This document shows positions 46,914 to 56,700 of a DNA stretch of 64,000 bases, in pieces. The position numbers and the translations under genes were made by a program. Under the pieces are notes generated by a model. The model worked only from the letters and a program-made list of their open reading frames with translations. It was not told the DNA's origin and did no database searches. This stretch comes from a virus. The stretch's first letter is position 1. Each line of letters opens with the position of its first letter. The DNA lies in IMG/VR virus record IMGVR_UViG_3300035162_004467, positions 21,311-85,310 of that record; one strand, 5' to 3'.

Positions 46914-48133
46914 GTATTAATGTAACAGTCACAGAGACTCCAAGTGTAGACTTGTCGATATCTTCTTCGACGGGGCTGAATGTAGGTGTTGGTGGAACAT
47001 CTCACGATTCTCTTGTCGGAATTCAAGGGGGGGATACAGGCGAATATTATCACCTTACTTTAGGACAATATAATCAAATAGGTGGTGATCCAGATGCCTT
47101 TGTAAATATTACAGGCTCTGAGACAATAAGTGGAGTCAAGTCTTTTGAATCTGGTTTTATTGTTAATGCTGGTGGGCAAGATATCTTTGTTACAGGAGAT
47201 CTTGATGGCTCGGAAAGGAAGCTTTATATTGATGCAGATGCTCTTATCGTTGGAGATAACGCAGTAAACTCACTAAATTCTGCTGCTATATTAGGTAGTG
47301 GTAACCAAATTTTTGGTGATTATGATATTATAGCAGGAGGTGAATTAAATGCTATTAGTGGAGATGATTACTCTGTTATTATCGGAGGCAGATCTAATTT
47401 AATAGAATTAGGGGGATTAGGTTATAATACAATAAATGGCGGTACATCACACTCTATTAAGCAGTCTACAGCTTCTTTAGTGGATGGAGGTTATGATAAT
47501 GACATCTTAGGAGCTTCTAATGCAGTTATTGTTGGTGGACAAAGTAGTAATATTACTAGTGGTACTATAGCTCCTGATCATTCCATAATTTTAGGTGGTG
47601 AGAATAACAATATTCAAGATGCATCTAATGCTATTGTTGTTGGTGGTGCTAATAATTTTGCTAGTGGGTCTTTTTCTACGGTTATGGCTGGAAGAGGTGG
47701 TAGGGCAATACATCAAGGCTCAATGGTTTTAGCTGACGGTAAATTGGGTAGAATTAAAACTTCTTTCGCGGAACATGGTTTGACAATTGATTTCGCAAGT
47801 GGGGTAGATGTGCCAACAGGTAATTTAGCGGTAGCAGAAGACATAACTATGGGTGGAGAGACGGTGGCTACGAGAACTTGGGTTCAATCTCAAGAAACTA
47901 GCCAGAGGTTCGATACAGTTTTGCCTTCTGGGATAGATGAGACAGGAATAGAATTCAGCACTGCATTTTCTTCTGCGCCAATGGTTCAATGCGAATTACA
48001 GCTACCAAGTGGAGGAGAAAGAACTTACTTTTTAGCAGTGAGAGACATAACTACTACTGGTTTCTTCGTAGAATTTTCAGATAATATCGGTACAGGGTAC
48101 ATATTACAAACTAGATCAATCCCAAATACATAA
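46910..48133 (+). CDS. Fibre/adhesin-like virion protein with GGxxN beta-roll repeats
   Basis: HDSLVGIQGGDTGEYYHLT; repeated I/V-x-GG-x-x-N-x-I; C-terminal FSTAFSSAPMV...ITTTGF (H-type lectin/gp53-like). Confidence 0.7.
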   Translation: MSINVTVTETPSVDLSISSSTGLNVGVGGTSHDSLVGIQGGDTGEYYHLTLGQYNQIGGDPDAFVNITGSETISGVKSFESGFIVNAGGQDIFVTGDLDGSERKLYIDADALIVGDNAVNSLNSAAILGSGNQIFGDYDIIAGGELNAISGDDYSVIIGGRSNLIELGGLGYNTINGGTSHSIKQSTASLVDGGYDNDILGASNAVIVGGQSSNITSGTIAPDHSIILGGENNNIQDASNAIVVGGANNFASGSFSTVMAGRGGRAIHQGSMVLADGKLGRIKTSFAEHGLTIDFASGVDVPTGNLAVAEDITMGGETVATRTWVQSQETSQRFDTVLPSGIDETGIEFSTAFSSAPMVQCELQLPSGGERTYFLAVRDITTTGFFVEFSDNIGTGYILQTRSIPNT

Positions 48134-48672
48134 TGGCATTAGAAGTAAAATTAAAGAATTTGGTTGTAGAGACTCTTAACACAGAGAATGTCTCTAAAAC
48201 TATTTTTGGAGATGGGTCTCAAAATGCGAATCTTGATTCTCAACAGAGCCAGTTTATAATTTCGAACGGGTACTTTTCTACAGCTGGAGATGCTCAAAAT
48301 GCAATTTTTCTTTTACGAGGTTATTCTACAGACGCTTCAGAAACCGAATTATTTTTAGATGGTACTAATGCTAGATTTGTTTTGGAGGATAACACCTCTT
48401 ACTTCTTTAATTGCCAGTTTATAGGGAGAGCGCAAAATGGAGACACGGTAGTCATGCATGTTAATGGTGGGGCTAAAAGGGGCAGTAGCGCGAATACAGT
48501 AAGTTTATTGGGAGTGCCTCATAACCATATTATTCATGATGAAATTGGGGTAGGGGAGGTTAAATTTGCAGTGAGTCCTTCGAATGGCTCTTTAAAGTTT
48601 CATGCGAAAGGGAAAGCTGCTACGAATATTCGCTGGTTGGGCAAGGTCGATTTAACTCAATTGAAGTATTAA
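48133..48672 (+). CDS. Putative virion fibre-associated protein
   Basis: GYFSTAGDAQ...LRGYSTD...ELFLDG; similar to the C-terminal domain of 48723..50639. Confidence 0.6.
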   Translation: MALEVKLKNLVVETLNTENVSKTIFGDGSQNANLDSQQSQFIISNGYFSTAGDAQNAIFLLRGYSTDASETELFLDGTNARFVLEDNTSYFFNCQFIGRAQNGDTVVMHVNGGAKRGSSANTVSLLGVPHNHIIHDEIGVGEVKFAVSPSNGSLKFHAKGKAATNIRWLGKVDLTQLKY

Positions 48673-48722
48673 TTTTCTGATTTGTCTTTTATTGTGTAAC
48701 TAGATTTAACTAGTTACTCACC

Positions 48723-50639
48723 ATGGCGAATAATACAGCGACCAATATAATTTATAAAGGCCAACTCGACGGCACTCAGGTAAACTTCGAAACAGGCAAC
48801 CTGACAGACATATCAACTTTTACTGGAGACGTAAGGGGGGTAGCGATACAGGACTCCATTACAGATGGGGTTACTGATATAGGAGCATCTCAAGATGCAA
48901 TTTATTCAATGTCTGGGTATCTGGCAGCAAACGCACACCCATCTGTTACTCCAGCGTCGAATGTATCTATTAATAACTCAAGTGGTACGGTTCTTCAAGA
49001 TGCTACCTTCGCTTTCGATACTGATGGTCATGTTACTGGTTCTGCATTTGTATCTAAAGACTTAGATGACATTTACTCCACTCACAATCAGGTTAGTTCT
49101 ATTTCGGGGGATTTAAATGCAAAAATTTTCAGCAATGACGGTGAATTACAGACTCTTAGGGATGCTACGGGCTATATAAGTGGGCTGATCTCCTCTAATG
49201 ATACAGAACTTACGGTTTTAAGGACTGCTACTGGTTATATAAGTGGGCAAATCGCCTCTAATGACACTGAACTTGGAATCTTAAGGACTGCTACTGGTTA
49301 TTTAGAAAATGAGATTGACTCTCTCCAAGCTGTTTCAGGATCTTTCCTAAGCCTTAATTTAGATAATGTCACTGACGTTAATGCTGTTACAACCAATGAT
49401 ATTACTGTTGGTGATATTCGTGTTGATGGCGGTACTATTACAGGTCCAGCTACAATCACGATTGATCCAGACGCTGCTGGTGCAGACGGAAAAGTTATTA
49501 TCGCTGGAAACCTTCAGGTTGATGGCACAACAACGACCATTAATTCTACAAGCGTCCAAATTGATGATCTTAGCTTAGTTCTTGGCACTGGTGTGCCTAA
49601 TGCTGCGGCTGCTGATGGTGGAGGTATTATCATTGATGGAACTGGGGCCGCGAATGTTGCTGAGTTTACTTTTGATGGCACGAATAATCGTTGGAAAACT
49701 AATGGCATAGACATTGCTGCTGATCTTGCAGGTACTGCTTCTAGTGCAGAGGTTTGGGCGACTTCACGCACAATTACTCTTGGTGGAGATCTTACTGGTA
49801 GTGTTTCATTTAATGGTGGGGCTGATGAGACTCTGACTACAACAATTGCGGCTGATGCGGTGCAAGCAGTCCATCTAAATGATGATATTGGAGGTGATAA
49901 TATCACTATTACTGACGGAGAAATTAGTGTCGCTGATGGAGATATTAGAGCAGCAGTTTTCCCTAGTTCTAGTACTTTAAGTATTGGTAAAGCCTTAATA
50001 TCAGACGCTAATGGTAAAGTTGTTGCTTCGGCAATTGGCTCTTCAGAATTAGACCATCTTGACGGCATTGATACTAACATCAAGGCGGGGCTGGATGCCA
50101 AAGCTCTTAAGACAATAACAGTGACTGGTTCTGCCGGTTTAACTGGAGGAGGTACTCTTGCCGCTGATAGATCTTTCTCTACAACCGCTGATCAAGGTCA
50201 TCTTGATTCGATAGAGCTTGGTACGTCTAACACAACCGCCAGTAATGTAATTACTAAAGGGGGTGTTCTGATTTTACGAGGTACTGGTAATAACGGTATA
50301 ACAACTTCAGGTTCAGATGGCAATGCTGTAGCTTTAAATGATAAGACTACAGTTTCTTTCGAAGGAGTTGTCCAATCCATTGATACTGCTCAAGATGCAG
50401 ATAACGGGACTTATGTAGCGATGTGGAAGATACAAGGTGCTATTCGTAGGGATTCAAATAGTACGGATATGTTGTCCTCCTTTGTCACTAGTACCTTTGC
50501 TGGGTCCAACGCTTCCTCTTATTGTTTAGATGTCAGCGTTAATGGTAATGGATTGAAAATAGCAAACGATCAAACAACATCTACTTTAGTTACCTCTGCT
50601 ACCATTAATTACAACTGGGTCGAAGATACTTCAGCTTAA
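48723..50639 (+). CDS. Tail fibre-like protein
   Basis: Three 21-aa coiled-coil repeats, GNLQVDGTTTTINST, RTITLGGDLTGSVSFNG; GTGTAA at 48694. Confidence 0.75.
   Translation: MANNTATNIIYKGQLDGTQVNFETGNLTDISTFTGDVRGVAIQDSITDGVTDIGASQDAIYSMSGYLAANAHPSVTPASNVSINNSSGTVLQDATFAFDTDGHVTGSAFVSKDLDDIYSTHNQVSSISGDLNAKIFSNDGELQTLRDATGYISGLISSNDTELTVLRTATGYISGQIASNDTELGILRTATGYLENEIDSLQAVSGSFLSLNLDNVTDVNAVTTNDITVGDIRVDGGTITGPATITIDPDAAGADGKVIIAGNLQVDGTTTTINSTSVQIDDLSLVLGTGVPNAAAADGGGIIIDGTGAANVAEFTFDGTNNRWKTNGIDIAADLAGTASSAEVWATSRTITLGGDLTGSVSFNGGADETLTTTIAADAVQAVHLNDDIGGDNITITDGEISVADGDIRAAVFPSSSTLSIGKALISDANGKVVASAIGSSELDHLDGIDTNIKAGLDAKALKTITVTGSAGLTGGGTLAADRSFSTTADQGHLDSIELGTSNTTASNVITKGGVLILRGTGNNGITTSGSDGNAVALNDKTTVSFEGVVQSIDTAQDADNGTYVAMWKIQGAIRRDSNSTDMLSSFVTSTFAGSNASSYCLDVSVNGNGLKIANDQTTSTLVTSATINYNWVEDTSA
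49134..49310 (+). repeat. 63-bp tandem coding repeat, 3 copies
   Basis: Units begin at 49134, 49197, 49260 (NDxELxxLRxATGY). Confidence 0.85.
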
Positions 50640-50656
50640 TAAATAAAATAAATACT

Positions 50657-50693
50657 AAACCTGCTCCAATTAAACTTGGGGCAGGTTTTTTTT
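50657..50693 (+). terminator. Rho-independent terminator
   Basis: AAACCTGCTCCAA / TTGGGGCAGGTTT stem followed by a T run. Confidence 0.9.
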
Positions 50694-50712
50694 CTGCATT
50701 TGTTGTTAAATA

Positions 50713-50718
50713 GTGTAA
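50713..50718 (+). promoter_or_regulatory. GTGTAW motif upstream of giant fibre gene
   Basis: GTGTAA after the terminator, 21 nt before ATG 50740. Confidence 0.55.
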
Positions 50719-50739
50719 CAGAATGTATAATTCTTTAAT

Positions 50740-53700
50740 ATGTCTGAGTATTTCGTAGGAACAACAGGAGTAAATAGCCAAACCACCTTCGAATCTTTAA
50801 CGACTTCTGAAGTTCTGGATGATTTGCAGTTAAATACTACAGATTCTCCGACATTCGCCGATGTAACCGCTAATGCTTTTTACGGCGATGGCAGCAACCT
50901 AACAGGTTTATCCTCATCAACTGACAATACTAAACTACCACTGGCAGGTGGTACGTTGAGTGGGGATTTAACAATAAATGGAGATGTCACGTTGGGCGGT
51001 ACAGCTAAAAAGCTTATTGTACCTTACAAAAGAGTGGTAAATTTACCAGCAATAGGCACTAAGATGCGTATTCTGACATTGAGTGATAGCACTTTTATCA
51101 AAGTATTTATTATTTCGTCCGAGAACGGTTACGTGGAGCCGATAGAACTGGATATCCACTACAAGAGTTCCAGCGTCGGATCTCCTGTTATTCACAGGGT
51201 TAACAATTACACTTGGCATGCTCATAGTAATGATATTGCTTTTAGTTCTGATTCTAATGGCCATGTCTACATGGAGAAACTCAGTCATACTACTGGAAGA
51301 ACTGTAAGGGTTCATATCATAGAACAATATCAAGGGTCTGCGAGTTTATTAGACGGTAGCACAACCACCACAGCTAATACAGGTTCTGATGAGTCTAACA
51401 TAGGAAAGTTCGGCACTATTACGGCTGGAACATGGAATGGTGGGGTTATTGCCTCTGCTTACCTTGATACTGACACAGCTCACCTTACTGGGACTCAGAC
51501 GTTTACTGGAGCAAAGACATTTGGGAATATCACTTCTTCTGGTGGATACAAAGCGAATATAGCTGAATCATCTGACGCAGATAATATTACAAGTAATAAT
51601 ATTAAGTATGGCTATTTAGCTAATGCAGCTTCCAATAAGCCTGTTTCTGGCAACTCTCAGTATGCATCTGTTGGTAATATTACATTAACGCACTATGATG
51701 CGGCAGCCAATGATGATTTTTATATACGAGCAAAGGCTTATAACGGGGATACCTCTTGGGCTAAAGTATTTACCGATCAAAACTCATCTGGTATTACAAC
51801 AGTTGGAACGATTACTTCTGGAGGATGGAATGGTAGCGTTATTGCTTCCGCTTACTTAGACTCAGATACAGCTCATCTTTCTAATGACCAGATATTTAGT
51901 GGGGCTAAGACATTTAGTAGTGCATCAAAGTTTGCTAGTTTATGGAGTAGTTCTACTATAGAATCAAACTCTTTTTATGCTCAAAACAGCACAGATGGTT
52001 TTGCTTTTGGTGTAGGTACTGGTGTTTCAACTTGGTTTAGTTGGGATAATAATGCTGGATTAAAAAGAGCTATAGATGTTTGGAATGATGGTAGTAAAAT
52101 TCTTTTGGGGAATGATGGCCATGATGTAGAAGTATCAAATGATTTACTTGTATCGCAATACATGTATCATACTGGCGATACTGATACGTTTATTAGATTC
52201 CAAACTAATGATATCAACTTAACCGCTGCGGGGCAAAACATGCTTCGTGTTGATGGAAATTCAGCACAAAAGACTGTTGTGGTTAACGAGGTTGGGATTG
52301 ATGTTGACTTCAGAGTTGAAGGAAGCGGAGAAGCTAACGCTCTATTCGTAAGAGGTTCTGACGGCAACGTTGGTATAGGAGACGCAACCCCTTCTTACAA
52401 ACTAGACGTTAGTGGAACATTAAGAACAACAAGTGCGGCATACTTTAATAACGATATAATAGTTAGTAACAACGCTATCATCTCAGGTAACCTCACGGTC
52501 AATGGTACTACAACAACAATCAACAGCACAACCGTTCAAGTTGATGATAAGAACATTGAACTAGGAACTGTTGCAACACCGACTGTCACTACCGCTGACG
52601 GTGGTGGTATCACGTTATTAGCGGGGAGTAATGAGGTAGATCATAAAACAATTAAGTGGATTAACTCTACTGATGCTTGGACATTCAGTGAGAGGGTTTC
52701 GATTCCTGTTGGTTCCGCTGCTTCACCTTCCTTAACATTTGCTGGCGATACTGACACTGGAATTTATAGATTTGAATCTAGCGGCGCTGACTTTTTAGGT
52801 ATCACGACTGGGGGTGTTAAAAGAGCGCAGTTTAGTGGCGCTGGTATTTTTAGTAGTGCAAACGTTTATACTGCTGATACTAGTGAATTTAGAAACTATG
52901 GTGGCACATGGAAAGCCACTACTGGATTAACTGGCAACGGGTTCCAGTTTGTCAACTCAGTAGACGGTACAGCTTTAACTATTAGTTCTACTGGTGATAC
53001 AGTTGCTTCAGGGACTGTTAAAGCAAGTTCTTATTTTCTTGGTAGTAGCACTGAAATATCATTAGCAACTACAGGTGCAGGAAGCGTCTTTTTAAGACCT
53101 AATGGGCAATCGACTTCTGGTCAAATGCAACTTGCATCAACAGGTAATGCAACTTTTGCAGGTAATGTAAGCGCTCCAAATCTTATAGCATCAACAGCCG
53201 TATATTCAGGCGGTATTGTTTATGGTGGTAATACATTAAATTTAAAAAAATCAAACGGAACTTCTTATGTAGATTTTGATACTAATTTAAACGCAACTTT
53301 TGCAGGTACAATAACATCAGCAAATATATTACCAATAAGTGACGCTGCTTATACAATAGGTGGTGGCTCTTCAAGTTTAAGATGGAACTATCTTTATTTA
53401 AACAATACATTAAGTATTACTGATGGTAATATAAATGCTGGTACTACTTTTGATTTCAATCAAGGTGCTAATTTTCTGGGTAATGTAAGTATTGCCGAAA
53501 AATTAATACATACTGGAGATACAAATACTTATATACAATTTCCGGCCACTAATGATAAAATTGTTTTTGCAACAAATGGAAGTGATGTTTTAACATTAGA
53601 CGCTTCAAACACAGCAACTTTTGCAGGCAATGTTGAAATAGCGTATAACGGGATTGCTCTTGACATAGAAAACAGTTCGTTAAACGGTTCTGATACTGGC

Positions 53701-56700
53701 ATTAGAATTAGAGGCGCTAGAAACGGTCAGAACTATGCTACCAACAGCATTACATCATACATACTGCTGTCTAATTATGACGATAACACTACTCCAAATA
53801 GCTATGATTTAGTTAAAATCGGAGCGGGTATGTATGACGCAAGTGATGATACTGGATACCTTCGTTTCGAGACGAACAATGGTACAGCATTAACCAAAGC
53901 TTTCGATATTGATAAAAATCAAGATGCTAAGTTTTATGGTGATGTAGATTCTGATGGCGACATTACTGCTTCGAACCTAAACGTATCAAACTGGAATACT
54001 GCGCACACACATACTTCAGCCACAAACAACCCACATAGCGTTACGAAAACCCAAGTTGGTTTAGGCAATGCGACAAACGAGAGCAAGGCTACGATGTTCG
54101 CCAGTCCTACATTTACGGGGACCGTTGGTGGTGTAACTAAAGCTCACGTTGGCCTAGGTAGTGTTACAAACGAGAGCAAGGCTACGATGTTCGCCAGCCC
54201 TACATTTACGGGGACCGTTAGTGGTGTAACTAAAGGTCACGTTGGCCTAGGTAGTGTCGCCAACGAGAGCAAGGCTACGATGTTTACGAACGCTGCTCTC
54301 ACAGGAAATCCTACAGCAACTACGCAGAGTTCTAACGAAAACAGCACTAAGATAGCGACGACTTCTTATGTTAAAGCTCAAGGCTATATCACATCTGCTA
54401 ATGGGGGTAATGCTGGTACGTTAGATGGTTATGATAGCACACAATTCTTAAGAAGTGATGCTAATGATACAATGGCTGGGACATTAACCTTCTCTGGTGC
54501 AAGCTCTCATATTGCGTTGCAAATGGACCATGTTGTATTTAAGAGGTTTGACGTTACAGTTAATGAAGGCGTTACTAATTCTACCACTGCATACTTATTG
54601 TTATGCCGGAATGCACCATATAATGATGTCAATGGTACTGTCACTATGGACAGGACAAGCGGATTAAGACACGCTTGCTCAGTAGATATAGTTGTTTCAG
54701 CAGGTACTGGGACAAACCCCGCAGGAACTTGTCGTTCAATTGGCACAGCAGGAGGTAGTTCTCCTAGTTATGAGTTAGTTACTCTTACATACAGTTCGAA
54801 TTCTTTCATCGCATTAAAAATCACAAACCCAGATGCGTATTACGAAACATCTGGGCATTACTTTACAGGACGATTAGCTACTAGTGATACGACTAATGCG
54901 ATGCAAATGATCGCTCCTGCTTCTGTCTCAAGTGTTTCCGGTTTTTCATCAAACCCATCTCATCAAATAGATGGTTATTCAATTTTCCATGATGGTTATC
55001 ACCCGAATGCGGATATACTTACTACCACAAGAAACATCGCATTATCTGGAGATGTTACGGGGAACGTTAACTTTAACGGTTCTGCCGATGTTAGTATCGC
55101 AACAGCTCTCGCAGTTAATTCAGTTGGGTCATCTGAAATTGGACCTGATGAGGTTGGGGCCAGTGAGATTGCGGCTAATGCCGTTGGTGCTAGTGAACTT
55201 AATGTTAGTGGAAATGGGACCGCTACTCAGTATCTACGATCTGATGGTGACGGAACATTTACTTGGTTTACTCCACCGGACACGAATACTACGTACGATC
55301 TGTCTAGTTACGCTACGCAGTCTTATGTCGGGACACAGATAACCAATCTTATTGATTCATCTCCCGCCGCGCTCAACACACTTAATGAGTTAGCCTTTGC
55401 TCTCGGAGACGATGCGAACTTCTCAACTACTATTACGAATAGTATTGCTACTAAAGCCCCGCTAGCAACCACATTAAGTGGTTATGGGATTACGAATGGG
55501 ATAAATTCAACTGAACCTAACGAACCATTCAATCCATTTGGAGGGCAAAAGTTTCATGATGGTGTGTTAACAAACGCATTAGTTGGTAGACACGATAGGT
55601 TTGTTGTAACTATTGATGGCACTACAGAAGCTGGCGCTTCTTGGAAACTATCTAACCAAAACTTTGAAGAGTATAATCAAAATAGATTATTTGGCACAAG
55701 CGCAGGTGAAACTAAAGTTTTTAATATAAACGTCCAATCTTTAGCTACTGGATCTGTTAATTCAAGCGGTATAGTATATTCCTCTGGGTTTTTTGATATA
55801 AACTTTTACTCAAGCCCTTTCCCTGCTTCATGGTCTGCAAGATGTAAAAAGAGCGATGGTACTTGGACAACTGTTAGTAGCCTTACTAAAATAGGTAACT
55901 CTAAACTTAGAGGCGTTATACCTTTTGGCAACTACTTAACTGATATTGAGTTTACTTTAGTAGCTAGAACTAGCGCTCCATTTGTAACTGGAAATATAAC
56001 TTATGGGATATCTGAATTTGAACTGTTTTTTAGTAGAATGGCAGCTTCACAAGGTGGTAACATATCATCGATAGGAGGTTACTTAGGTGGGACAATAACA
56101 ACAGCAAGTGGGACAACCTCAACTGATTGGAACACAGCTTTTACACATACTTCAGTCACAAACAACCCACATAGCGTTACGAAAAGCCAAGTTGGTTTAA
56201 GCAATGTGACAAACGAGAGCAAGGCTACGATGTTCGCTAGTCCTACATTTACGGGGACCGTTAGTGGTGTAACTAAAAGTCACGTTGGCCTAGGTAGTGT
56301 CGCCAACGAGAGCAAGGCTACGATGTTTACGAACGCTGCTCTCACAGGAAATCCTACAGCAACTACGCAGAGTTCTAACGAAAACAGCACTAAGATAGCT
56401 ACTACGGAGTATGTTAAAAGTCAAAGTTATCTAACGGCATCTTCTACTCAAAGTAAATACTTAAGAAGTGATGCAAATGATACTTCTACAGGCAGTGCCG
56501 CTTTTGGCATTGGTGGCATCGATCCTGATAGCCATACATCTTTTGCTGGTGGATTTGGTAATATTAATGATGGTGGAGGTTGGGGTGCAAGAGGTTTATT
56601 TATTCATGGTGGAGGTACTGGTGATGCCGCTGCGATTGGTCATAATGGAACTAAATTATATTTCGGTATACAAAATGGATCAGCAACTAATAGCATGGAT

